This document shows positions 20,751-29,858 of a DNA stretch of 53,649 nt, one piece after another. This DNA is from Nitrospirae bacterium CG02_land_8_20_14_3_00_41_53 (lineage in GTDB: Bacteria; Nitrospirota; Thermodesulfovibrionia; Thermodesulfovibrionales; SM23-35), in NCBI GenBank assembly GCA_002780895.1, contig PEUB01000123.1:1-53649 (forward strand). Reading direction: 5' to 3'. Position 1 is the stretch's first letter. Every line of letters begins with the position of its first letter. The translations under genes and the position numbers were made by a program. The notes beneath the pieces are model-generated. The model saw only the letters and a list, made by a program, of their open reading frames with translations. It was not told the origin of the DNA and ran no database searches.

Positions 20751-20792
20751 TCTATGCTCTATGCTCTATGCTTTATACTATGTGCTATATGC
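20751..20792 (+). repeat. Heptanucleotide array tctatgc type, 6 units
   Basis: tctatgc x3, then tttatac tatgtgc tatatgc. Encodes the hydrophobic core of the LptE signal peptide. Its reverse-complement unit gcataga is one mismatch from gcaaaga at 20621. Confidence 0.8.
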
Positions 20793-21257
20793 TTGGCCGG
20801 TTGTGGTTATACAATCCATGGCAGGGCGGCCTTGCCTTTTGATTCAATACAGATAGCAAAGATCGAAAATGTGACTCTCGAACCAAAACTCCAGGACAGG
20901 CTTTATAAAGCCCTTACAGAGGAGTTTTTGAAGCAAGGGATTGCTGTTTATCCTGACGCAGGTTATAAACTCACTGGCACGGTTTATCAGTTTGAATTAC
21001 GTGTACTTTCTGAAAAGGCAGACATAGCAGCAGAATATGAGGTAATTATTAAAGGAGATTTTAGGCTGGTCGAACCTTCAGGAAATATAAAAGAGTTCAA
21101 AAACATAGGCTCTCCATTCATTGTATTTTTTCAAAGCTCTGGCATGCTGGAAGACGTGCTTGCAACTAAAGAACTTGCGTCAGAAAAGGCTATTAAAGAC
21201 ATGGCTATGGAGATAGTCGCTATACTTATTTACCCCGTTAGAAAAGGGGATTTTTAA
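20754..21257 (+). CDS. lptE: LPS-assembly lipoprotein LptE
   Basis: Lipobox LAGC followed by GYTIHGR, and conserved leuS-lptE-holA order. The start is uncertain (ATG 20754 chosen; the track ORF starts at 20685). Confidence 0.65.
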   Translation: MLYALCFILCAICLAGCGYTIHGRAALPFDSIQIAKIENVTLEPKLQDRLYKALTEEFLKQGIAVYPDAGYKLTGTVYQFELRVLSEKADIAAEYEVIIKGDFRLVEPSGNIKEFKNIGSPFIVFFQSSGMLEDVLATKELASEKAIKDMAMEIVAILIYPVRKGDF

Positions 21258-21276
21258 TGGGGTTTTCTAACGGGGT
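21232..21276 (+). other. Perfect 14-bp inverted repeat spanning the lptE stop codon, 6 nt before the holA ATG
   Basis: ACCCCGTTAGAAAA-17 nt-TTTTCTAACGGGGT. The loop contains the lptE TAA. Confidence 0.7.
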
Positions 21277-21282
21277 TTACAG

Positions 21283-22203
21283 ATGAGCTTCCAGACATTT
21301 CTCAGAGCGATAGAAAAAGGCCTACCATTACCGGTTTATCTGCTGTATGCATCAGAACCATTTTTTCAAAGAGAAGCTATAGCGGCAATAAAAAGACTTG
21401 TGCCTCAAGAAGAAAGAGACTTTAATCTTTCATTATTTGATATTTCGTTGTCAGCAGAGGAGAACCTGTCGTTTGAACAGATATTAGATATAGCAAATAC
21501 AATTCCTTTCTTTGGGAAGAGAAGGTTTGTTGTAATATCAGGAAACCTTCAGAAACTTTCTAAAAAAGATATTAAAAGATTAGATGCTTATATTTTAAAC
21601 CCGGCATCAGGTTCAGTTTTTATGATACTTCATGATGGGTTATTTAAAAAAGAGATGAGAGAGAGGTTCAGCACATTGAAACCCATACCTCTCGATATAA
21701 GAGAGTCAGAGATTCCATACTGGATCAAGCAGAGGGCCGGTATGAAGGATTTAGAAATATCTGATGAAGCATCTGACTATTTAATAGGGCTTATAGGTCC
21801 TGACATGGGTCTTCTTTCAGCAGAGATTGAGAAGATTTCTTTACTCGGGAAGAAGAGAATAGATGTGGATGACATCTCTGATATTATTGCAGGAGGAAGG
21901 ACTTATAGCATATTCGATCTTGTGAACGCACTCAGAGAAAAAGATAGCGAAAGGGTATTCAAGATATACAAAACGTTGAGAGAGACAGCAGAGGATTACA
22001 GCCTTATTGGGGCCCTTAACTGGCAGTACGGCCGCAATCTGATTTCTGGAGACAGACCAACCAGAAATGAATATTTTTTCAGATTGTTCGAACTTCTAAA
22101 CAGGGCTGATATAGATATAAAAAGCTCTGGTAGAAACTTTCCTATGGAATATCTTCTGATTAGGCTGCTTCGGCTGCAGGAAGGGCGTTCACCTTCCTGG
22201 TAA
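21283..22203 (+). CDS. holA: DNA polymerase III subunit delta
   Basis: 306 aa. The N-terminal YLLYASEPFF region and position after lptE are typical of HolA. Confidence 0.75.
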   Translation: MSFQTFLRAIEKGLPLPVYLLYASEPFFQREAIAAIKRLVPQEERDFNLSLFDISLSAEENLSFEQILDIANTIPFFGKRRFVVISGNLQKLSKKDIKRLDAYILNPASGSVFMILHDGLFKKEMRERFSTLKPIPLDIRESEIPYWIKQRAGMKDLEISDEASDYLIGLIGPDMGLLSAEIEKISLLGKKRIDVDDISDIIAGGRTYSIFDLVNALREKDSERVFKIYKTLRETAEDYSLIGALNWQYGRNLISGDRPTRNEYFFRLFELLNRADIDIKSSGRNFPMEYLLIRLLRLQEGRSPSW

Positions 22204-22456
22204 GCCGTGATATATTTCTCGAGGCAGTATTTTTATGGATGACACCTTTTGATGCAGCTTTATTAAGTGCCTTTACAGCCTCGATAAGTGTTTTGCCTGC
22301 ATCTTCTTTATTACCAGAAGCTACGGCTACTTCAACCTTCTTTATAATAGTCTTAACAGCGCTGCGTACAGCCGTATTACGAAGGTTTCGTTTTACAGCC
22401 TGTCTTGCCCTCTTCATGGCTGAAAGATTTTTCTTTGGTCTTGCTTTCGCTGGCAA
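22160..22456 (-). CDS. rpsT: 30S ribosomal protein S20
   Basis: 98 aa. KSAMKRARQAVKRNLRN...KGVIHKNTASR is typical of S20. Its 3' end overlaps the 3' end of holA by 44 nt (convergent). Confidence 0.9.
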   Translation of the reverse strand: MPAKARPKKNLSAMKRARQAVKRNLRNTAVRSAVKTIIKKVEVAVASGNKEDAGKTLIEAVKALNKAASKGVIHKNTASRNISRLTRKVNALPAAEAA

Positions 22457-22576
22457 TTCAAACCTCCTGATTAATTTATATATAAAACCATAAAACAGGT
22501 TATTAAATCAACTACATAAATAAACAATCACTGAATCTTGGATGTTTCCAACGGGATTTTATGTTAAGATTATTTC

Positions 22577-23521
22577 ATGAAAAAATACAGACCTATATCG
22601 TTGAAACAGGTTAAAACCTATTCCATAACTAAGAGGAAAAGTAAGGTTTCTCTATCTGTCTTTGCTGAACCACCTTTAAAGGGAGATACGTTTAAAACTT
22701 TTATAGATAAGCTCCCTGATATCCTTGCTGTAAACGATTTCAGGGCTGTTGTGAAGGCTATTGTGGAAGCAAGACAGAACGATAGGCCGGTAATTCTCGG
22801 CATGGGAGCACATCCAATAAAAGTAGGTCTTTCACCTGTAATTATTAATCTAATGAAAAAAAATATCATTACTGCCGTGGCGACAAATGGTGCCTGTATT
22901 ATCCACGACTTTGAGATTTCTTTTATAGGACATACTTCTGAAGATGTTGAAAAGGAAATATGTAGAGGAGCCTTTGGTATGGCAAGGGAGACAGGGAGGT
23001 ATCTTAATAAAGCTATAAAAGATGGGATAAGGAAAGGATACGGTATAGGAAGATCTGTTGGCGGGTTGATATACAATAGCAGATTCAAGTTTAAGGGTAA
23101 AAGTATTTTCGCTAATGCCTTTGAGCTTGATATTCCGGCAACCGTACATGTTGCTATAGGTACAGATATTGTACATATGCATCCTGAGGCTAATGGCGCG
23201 GCTATCGGGGAAGGGAGCTTCAGGGATTTCAAACTTTTTATTTCAGTAGTCACTGAACTTGAGGGCGGCGTTTATATCAATCTCGGGTCTGCTGTTATTA
23301 TGCCAGAGGTATTTTTAAAAGCACTGGCAGTTGCAAGGAATCTGGGGAATAAGATTGAGAATATAACAACTGTAAATATGGATTTTATCCAGCATTACAG
23401 GCCGAGAGAAAATGTCTTGAGAAGGCCGACTATGGGAAAGAACTCCTCTTATGCCATTACAGGACACCATGAGATAATGTTCCCGCTTTTAGCAGCAGCG
23501 ATTATTGAAGAGATGGGATGA
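22577..23521 (+). CDS. Deoxyhypusine synthase-like family protein (putative)
   Basis: 314 aa. The segment ILGMGAHPIKVGLSPVIINLMKKNIITAVATNGACIIHDFE resembles the Rossmann-like core of DHS-family proteins. Call is from memory only. Confidence 0.5.
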   Translation: MKKYRPISLKQVKTYSITKRKSKVSLSVFAEPPLKGDTFKTFIDKLPDILAVNDFRAVVKAIVEARQNDRPVILGMGAHPIKVGLSPVIINLMKKNIITAVATNGACIIHDFEISFIGHTSEDVEKEICRGAFGMARETGRYLNKAIKDGIRKGYGIGRSVGGLIYNSRFKFKGKSIFANAFELDIPATVHVAIGTDIVHMHPEANGAAIGEGSFRDFKLFISVVTELEGGVYINLGSAVIMPEVFLKALAVARNLGNKIENITTVNMDFIQHYRPRENVLRRPTMGKNSSYAITGHHEIMFPLLAAAIIEEMG

Positions 23522-25233
23522 AGAATCAGGAGATTGCAGAGGTCTTTAATGACATCGCTGATCTGCTCGAGATAAAGGGTGAAAACCCTTTCAGGATAAG
23601 GGCTTACAGACGTGCAGCATTGAATATTGAAGGGCTTGTAAGGAATGTTGCAGAAACAACAAAAGATGAACTTATAAAAATCTCTGGAATCGGACAGGAT
23701 CTTGCAGGAAAGATAGAAGAATATGTCAAAACAGGCAGACTCCAGTTTTATGAAGACCTGAAGAAAGAGGTGCCCGAAGGTCTCAGTTTGTTACTTTCAG
23801 TCCCCAGCCTTGGACCAAAGACTGCAAAGCTTTTATTTGAGAGATTAAAAGTAAAAGATATAGGAACCCTTGAAAAGCTTGCCCGTGAACATAAACTCAG
23901 TGGTCTGCCGGGAATAAAGGAAAAGACAGAGGAAAATATACTCAAGGGGATTGAAATGCTGAAACGGGGAATAGAGAGGCAACCACTGGGTAAAGTGCTG
24001 CCTGTTGCCAAAGATATCCTCCAACACCTTAAAAATAAAGCCCCTGTTAAAAACCTTAGTATCGCAGGAAGCATAAGAAGATGGAAGGATACAATTAAGG
24101 ATATAGATGTACTCGCCACATCACAGGATCCAAAGGCTGTTATGAATGCCTTTGTTCACCTGCCTCATGTTAAAGATATCCTGATGCATGGACCAACAAA
24201 ATCAAGTGTCATAATCCATGAGGGGCTTCAGGTTGACCTTCGCGTTGTTGAGGAAGATAGCTTTGGCGCTGCACTGGCATATTTTACAGGCAGTAAGGCC
24301 CATAACATAAGATTGAGAGAAATGGCTGTGAAATCAGGCCTGAAGATAAACGAATACGGAATATTCAGGGAAAAAGATGAGAAAAAACTTGGTGGTGAAA
24401 AAGAGGAAGATATTTACAGGATACTCGGACTTCCTTATATCCCACCTGAGTTAAGGGAGGACTCAGGAGAGATCGAAGCAGCTATTGAGGGAAGACTGCC
24501 GAAGCTTGTTGAACTCAGGGACATAAAGGGCGATCTCCATGTCCACAGTAAATGGAGTGACGGAAGCCATGATTTTGAGGAGCTTATAGACGAGGCTAAG
24601 AAGAGAGGGTATGAATATATAGCAATAACAGACCATTCAAAGGGCCTCGGCATTGCAAGAGGACTCAGTGCAGAGCGGCTGATGGAAGAGAAGAAGGAGA
24701 TAGATGCAATAAATAAAAGATTAAAGGGATTCAGGCTGATTGTCGGTACTGAGGTGGATATAAGGAGTAGCGGAGAAATAGATTTCCCGGACGAAATCCT
24801 CAAAAAGATGGATATCGTTGTTGCATCAATTCACTCAGGATTCAGGCAGGATAAAGAGCAGATTACGAAAAGGCTGGTATCTGCCATAAGAAATCCTTAT
24901 GTCTCTATTATTGCTCATCCTACAGGCAGATTAATTGGAGAAAGGGACCCCTATGATGTTGATATGAATGAGGTTTTTAAAGTAGCTAAAGAAACAGGGA
25001 CTGCTATCGAGATAAATGCGTATCCTCTCAGGCTGGATTTGAGTGATATATATGTAAAAATAGCAAGAGAAATGGGGGTAAGGGTAGTAATAAGCACAGA
25101 TACGCATGTAGCCAACCAATTCGACTACATGGGCTACGGGGTATCGATCGCAAGGAGGGGATGGCTTGAGAAGAAAGATGTCTTGAACACACTAAGCTAT
25201 AATTTACTAATAAAGGCGCTGCGGAAAAAATAA
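23518..25233 (+). CDS. polX: Family X DNA polymerase with C-terminal PHP domain (PolX)
   Basis: 571 aa. N-terminal HhH/pol-beta-like region (GENPFRIRAYRRAA, IAGSIRR, DIDVL) and PHP motif GDLHVHSKWSDG. ATGA overlap with the upstream gene. Confidence 0.85.
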   Translation: MKNQEIAEVFNDIADLLEIKGENPFRIRAYRRAALNIEGLVRNVAETTKDELIKISGIGQDLAGKIEEYVKTGRLQFYEDLKKEVPEGLSLLLSVPSLGPKTAKLLFERLKVKDIGTLEKLAREHKLSGLPGIKEKTEENILKGIEMLKRGIERQPLGKVLPVAKDILQHLKNKAPVKNLSIAGSIRRWKDTIKDIDVLATSQDPKAVMNAFVHLPHVKDILMHGPTKSSVIIHEGLQVDLRVVEEDSFGAALAYFTGSKAHNIRLREMAVKSGLKINEYGIFREKDEKKLGGEKEEDIYRILGLPYIPPELREDSGEIEAAIEGRLPKLVELRDIKGDLHVHSKWSDGSHDFEELIDEAKKRGYEYIAITDHSKGLGIARGLSAERLMEEKKEIDAINKRLKGFRLIVGTEVDIRSSGEIDFPDEILKKMDIVVASIHSGFRQDKEQITKRLVSAIRNPYVSIIAHPTGRLIGERDPYDVDMNEVFKVAKETGTAIEINAYPLRLDLSDIYVKIAREMGVRVVISTDTHVANQFDYMGYGVSIARRGWLEKKDVLNTLSYNLLIKALRKK

Positions 25234-25279
25234 GAAGTAAATCTTAACACAATTTTCTTAAGAACTATTAAAATAGATT

Positions 25280-27922
25280 ATGGAAATCATAACCTGTCAT
25301 ATGAATGCTGACTTTGATTCTTTTGCCTCGATGGTTGCTGCAAAGAAGCTCTATCCTGAGGCGCAGATAGTCTTCCCCGGATCTCAGGAAAAGAAACTAA
25401 GAGATTTTATAGAGGCATTCAATCCAGTAGAGATAAAGCGTATAAAGGACATTAACCTTTCAGAGGTTACTAAGCTGATTATAGTTGATACAAAGATACC
25501 AGGCAGGATTGGCCTGTTTGAAGAACTGCTTTCCAATAAAAAAATCAAGATCCACATTTACGATCACCACCCATTCAGTAAAGGTGAAATCAGGGGAGAG
25601 GTTGAGAAGATTGAAAGGGTGGGCGCCACTGCAACTATCTTTACAGAGATATTAAAGAGCAGGAGATTACACCCGACGCCTATTGAGGCTACTATACTTG
25701 CCTTAGCCATATATGAGGAGACAGGGTGTCTGCTTTTCCCTTCAACAACAGAGAGGGATTTACTTGTTATACCTTATCTCCTGAAAAGAGGTGCGAACCT
25801 TAATATTGTTTCGAGCTTTTTAAAAATGGAATTAAGCATGGAAGAACTCGATATGCTTAATGAACTTGTCCAGTCATCGAAAGAGATGGTTATTGAAGGC
25901 ATAAGGATAAAAGTGGCAAAGGCATCCCGTGAGGGTTATCTTGGAGATGCAGCACATCTTGCCCACAGGATGATGGAGATAGAAGATATTGACGCTGTGG
26001 TTGTCCTGCTTAACATGGAAGGGAAGATATTAATGGTTGCAAGAAGTAAGGTCCCTGAGTTCAATGTATCAAATGTAATGAAGGAATTCGGAGGAGGGGG
26101 ACATCCGACGGCAGCCTCAGCCACAATAAAAGAGGCATCGCTCGAGGTGGTTGAGGAGAGATTAAAAGAGCTGCTGTATAAAAATGTAAAACCCGGCAAG
26201 GTTGCTTCTGATATCATGACGAGTCCTGTCATCAGTATCAAGTGGGATAGTTCTATTAAGGAAGCAGAGGCAATGATGACCCGGTACGGCGTCAACGTTC
26301 TGCCAATCTTGAAAGAAGAAAGATTTACAGGACTTATATCACGCGAGATCGTGGAGAAAGCCCTTTACCACGGTTTTGGTAAAAGCAGGGCAATTGAATT
26401 CTCAACGACAGACGCAATAACTGTAAGCCAGCATACCCCGATCAGAGAAATAGAGACATTGATGATCGAGCAGAACCAGAGATTTATGCCTGTCGTAGAA
26501 GATGGAAAAATTATTGGCGCAATAACAAGGACAGACCTGCTTCGGACACTTTATGAGGAGTTTTTAAGGCGCAGAAAGATAGAAGAAACTGTTACGAAGG
26601 AAAGACCACCTGTAGGTAGAAGTCTGTCTTCCTGGCTGAAGGAAAGGTTCCCGTCTGAAGTTTATAACCTTCTAAAGCTTTCCGGAGAGGTGGCAGAGGA
26701 ATTAGGGTTTAATGCCTATCTCGTTGGAGGGTCAGTCAGGGATCTCTTGCGTGGTGAAGAAAATCTCGACATTGATATAGTTATAGAGGGTGATGGAATT
26801 TCATTTGCAAAGGCATTTGGTAAAAAACTGAATGCAAAGGTTCGGTCGCACCAGAGATTTGGCACTGCACAGGTAATTACTGATAATTTAAAGCTTGATG
26901 TGGCGACAGCCAGAACTGAGTATTATGAGTCACCCGGAGTGCTTCCAAAGGTCGAGACATCATCGATCAAGAAAGACCTCTACAGAAGGGACTTCACAAT
27001 AAATACACTCGCTATAAAATTAAACCCGAGGGATTTTGGGCTTCTTACAGATTTTTTTGGCGGCCAGAGAGACCTGAGAGAAAAAGCAATCAGGGTTCTT
27101 CATAACATCAGTTTTGTCGAAGACCCGACAAGGGCATTCAGGGCTGTCAGGTTTTCAGAGAGGTTTGGATTTAAGATCAGCAAACATACAGAAAATCTTA
27201 TTAAGTCAGCAATAGAGATGAACTTATTTGACAGGCTTTCAGGATCAAGGCTTTATGAAGAACTTCTCCTATCATTTAATGAGACCGAACCTGTAAGGAC
27301 ACTTAAGAAGCTTTCTGATTTTGGACTGTTAAAGGTTATATACCCTAACCTTATATTCAATGAGGAGCTTGAGGCAATATTCAAATCAATGCATGATACC
27401 CTTACATGGTTTAATCTGCTCTTTCTCGAAGAAAAGACTGACAGGGGAATTTTATATCTAATGGCCCTGTTGTCCGGATTGAAGGATGAAGAGGCGAAGG
27501 TTGTCATAGAAAGGTTGTCACCGTCACCAAAGGTGAGTAGTATGATTATCAAGGGTATGTCTCATGCAAGGGATGTGCTGAGAAGGCTTTCTATTAATGA
27601 CCCGGTAGAGATATATAACCTGCTTAGCAGCTTTAAGCTCGAGACAGTTCTGTTCTCTATGGCTTTAAGTAAGGACAGGCAGAAACAGAAGGCTATATCC
27701 CTGTATCTGACTGAATTAAGGAAGGTGAAGACGATCCTGAAGGGAGATGACCTAAAAAGAATGGGTATTCAACCAGGACCTGTTTATTCGAAAATTCTCA
27801 AGGAACTCCTCGAAGAAAAATTAAGAGGCCATTTAAAGTCTCGAGAAGATGAGGAGAAGTTTGTTATGTCAAAAGTAAAGCTGCCTGAACAAGAATATAA
27901 ATCTGAGTCGGTCGAAGACTGA
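25280..27922 (+). CDS. DHH/DHHA1 phosphoesterase - tandem CBS - polyA polymerase/CCA-adding nucleotidyltransferase fusion protein
   Basis: 880 aa. DHH motifs (HMNADFDSFAS, IVDT, IYDHHPF, GGGGHPTAASA), two CBS-like segments, then YLVGGSVRDLLRGEENLDIDIVIEGD of the tRNA nucleotidyltransferase head domain. Confidence 0.75.
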   Translation: MEIITCHMNADFDSFASMVAAKKLYPEAQIVFPGSQEKKLRDFIEAFNPVEIKRIKDINLSEVTKLIIVDTKIPGRIGLFEELLSNKKIKIHIYDHHPFSKGEIRGEVEKIERVGATATIFTEILKSRRLHPTPIEATILALAIYEETGCLLFPSTTERDLLVIPYLLKRGANLNIVSSFLKMELSMEELDMLNELVQSSKEMVIEGIRIKVAKASREGYLGDAAHLAHRMMEIEDIDAVVVLLNMEGKILMVARSKVPEFNVSNVMKEFGGGGHPTAASATIKEASLEVVEERLKELLYKNVKPGKVASDIMTSPVISIKWDSSIKEAEAMMTRYGVNVLPILKEERFTGLISREIVEKALYHGFGKSRAIEFSTTDAITVSQHTPIREIETLMIEQNQRFMPVVEDGKIIGAITRTDLLRTLYEEFLRRRKIEETVTKERPPVGRSLSSWLKERFPSEVYNLLKLSGEVAEELGFNAYLVGGSVRDLLRGEENLDIDIVIEGDGISFAKAFGKKLNAKVRSHQRFGTAQVITDNLKLDVATARTEYYESPGVLPKVETSSIKKDLYRRDFTINTLAIKLNPRDFGLLTDFFGGQRDLREKAIRVLHNISFVEDPTRAFRAVRFSERFGFKISKHTENLIKSAIEMNLFDRLSGSRLYEELLLSFNETEPVRTLKKLSDFGLLKVIYPNLIFNEELEAIFKSMHDTLTWFNLLFLEEKTDRGILYLMALLSGLKDEEAKVVIERLSPSPKVSSMIIKGMSHARDVLRRLSINDPVEIYNLLSSFKLETVLFSMALSKDRQKQKAISLYLTELRKVKTILKGDDLKRMGIQPGPVYSKILKELLEEKLRGHLKSREDEEKFVMSKVKLPEQEYKSESVED

Positions 27923-27991
27923 AAGGGAATACTCTTGGCAATTATATCAAGACATGACTCCGTTATCAAATAATAGGGAAGGGGAATAAAT

Positions 27992-29656
27992 ATGGAACGC
28001 GAAGTAATAGAATTCGATGTTATCTTTGCCGGCGGCGGGCCAGCCAATTTAAGCAGTGCAATTCATCTGACGAACCTCGTCCAGAAACATAATAAAGACA
28101 TTGAAAACGGGAAACAGCAAGGCAAGAAAGTCGATATCGAAGACAAAATTGCTGTTCTCGAAAAAGGCGCATATTTCGGCGCGCATAACATTTCCGGAGC
28201 AGTGCTCATTCCTGATGTACTTTCGGAACTATTGCCTGACCATAAGCAGCTTGGCTGCCCCGTTGATGCAGAGGTAAACAAGGAATCCATTTATTTTTTG
28301 ACCAAAAAGGGAAAGATCAAAGCTCCTTTTACTCCACCGTTTTTGAATAATCACGGCAATTATTTGCTCTCGCTCTCCAGATTTGTCGGTTGGCTTTCTA
28401 AAATTGCGGAAAAGAACAAAGTGATGATGCTTGAGGGAACGGCCGCAGTTGAAATTCTCTATGAAGGTACCAAAGTAATTGGCGTCCGAACGGACGACAA
28501 ACGTCTTCAGGAGAATGGCGAATATGAGACTCCCGGTTATATTCTAAACTCAAAGGTCGTTGTGCTGGGAGAGGGGAGCAACGGTACTTTGCGCAAAAGC
28601 ATCGTTGAAAAACTGCACCTTGATAAAGACAAGGCTCCTTCCATTTATGAACTCGGCGTAAAAGAGGTATATGAACTGAAGAGTAATCCTCTCAAAAAGG
28701 GGGAATGTATCCATACACTCGGATATCCGTTCCGGAAAGGACTTTCTGGCGGTGGATTTATATATTGTATTTCAGAAACCAAGGTTGTCATTGGGCTTAT
28801 CGCTCATCTCAGTTCCGAAGACCCGCAGTTCGATCCGCACAAGGAACTTCAAAAATACAAACAGCATCCGTTGATTACCAATATCATCAAAGACGGAAAA
28901 CCCACGCATTACGGCGCTCGGACGCTTCCCTGCGGCGGGTATTTCTCCATACCTAAACTTACCTCCGACGGCGTTATGATAACCGGCGACTCCGCGAACC
29001 TTGTCGATTCGCAAAAGCTGAAAGGACTGCATACATCTATAAAATCAGGAATGCTTGCGGCTGAAGTTCTCTTTGAAGCGTTCAAGATTAATGATTTCTC
29101 GGCAAACCAATTGGCAAAATATGAAGAGAAATTGAAAAACAGCTGGATATACTCCGATCTCAGGAAGAGCCGCAATTTCACTCCCGCGGTTGCCATGGGA
29201 GTTCCTTTTCCTGGCGGGCTGCTTCTTGGATTCCAGATTGTTACCGGCGGCGCCACACCGATAGGTAATCTTAAAACAAAACCCGATTACTCGACAACCG
29301 AAGATATGAAGCATTTTTACGGCAGTAAATCACCCGAATCATTGCCGAAGGCAGATGACAAAATTATTGTCAGCAAATTAACGGATGTTTATTTCTCCGG
29401 CACAGCGCATGACGAAAGACAGAAAAGCCATATCCAGTTGAAAGATGAAGCTGTATGCAAAAAATGTATTTCAGATTATAAATCGCCCTGCACGGTGTTC
29501 TGCCCTGCCAGCGTCTATGAACTGGAACATGATAAAATAAAAGTGAACTTCAGTAATTGCCTGCACTGTAAGACCTGCGATTTGAAATGTCCTTTTCAGA
29601 ATATCGTCTGGAACCTGCCGGAGGGCGGGGGCGGGCCGCGGTATAGCCTACAGTAA
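27992..29656 (+). CDS. Electron-transfer flavoprotein:quinone oxidoreductase (ETF-QO/FixC-like)
   Basis: 554 aa. FAD fold VIFAGGGPANLSSA and a C-terminal 4Fe-4S region (CPASVYE...CLHCKTCDLKCP). Confidence 0.85.
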   Translation: MEREVIEFDVIFAGGGPANLSSAIHLTNLVQKHNKDIENGKQQGKKVDIEDKIAVLEKGAYFGAHNISGAVLIPDVLSELLPDHKQLGCPVDAEVNKESIYFLTKKGKIKAPFTPPFLNNHGNYLLSLSRFVGWLSKIAEKNKVMMLEGTAAVEILYEGTKVIGVRTDDKRLQENGEYETPGYILNSKVVVLGEGSNGTLRKSIVEKLHLDKDKAPSIYELGVKEVYELKSNPLKKGECIHTLGYPFRKGLSGGGFIYCISETKVVIGLIAHLSSEDPQFDPHKELQKYKQHPLITNIIKDGKPTHYGARTLPCGGYFSIPKLTSDGVMITGDSANLVDSQKLKGLHTSIKSGMLAAEVLFEAFKINDFSANQLAKYEEKLKNSWIYSDLRKSRNFTPAVAMGVPFPGGLLLGFQIVTGGATPIGNLKTKPDYSTTEDMKHFYGSKSPESLPKADDKIIVSKLTDVYFSGTAHDERQKSHIQLKDEAVCKKCISDYKSPCTVFCPASVYELEHDKIKVNFSNCLHCKTCDLKCPFQNIVWNLPEGGGGPRYSLQ

Positions 29657-29858
29657 AAGCAGAGCATTAGCCATGAAATACTCTGATATTCAATTGCGTT
29701 ATTTGCTTTCTACGGTGGTGGTGGGAGGTGGAATTAGACAGTTACTGTCACGCATGCTAAAATGTGGATATGGTAGAGAACCTATATAATCTTTTACGTT
29801 GTCCTGTTGAAAACCTTGGAGGAATAAACGATACTACTATCAATAAAGGAGGCATCCA

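Noticed and set aside
22618-23253. 211-aa antisense ORF inside the DHS-like gene. Similar shadow ORFs occur at 8590..8961, 18985..19428, 20182..20748, 23748..24119, 25936..26295, 41158..41721, 41967..42404, 45942..46418 and 47675..48103.
   Set aside because: All are fully overlapped by strongly motif-supported genes on the opposite strand. They have Ser/Leu/Ile/Pro-rich low-complexity translations and no SD or family motifs, as is typical of antisense frames lacking stops.
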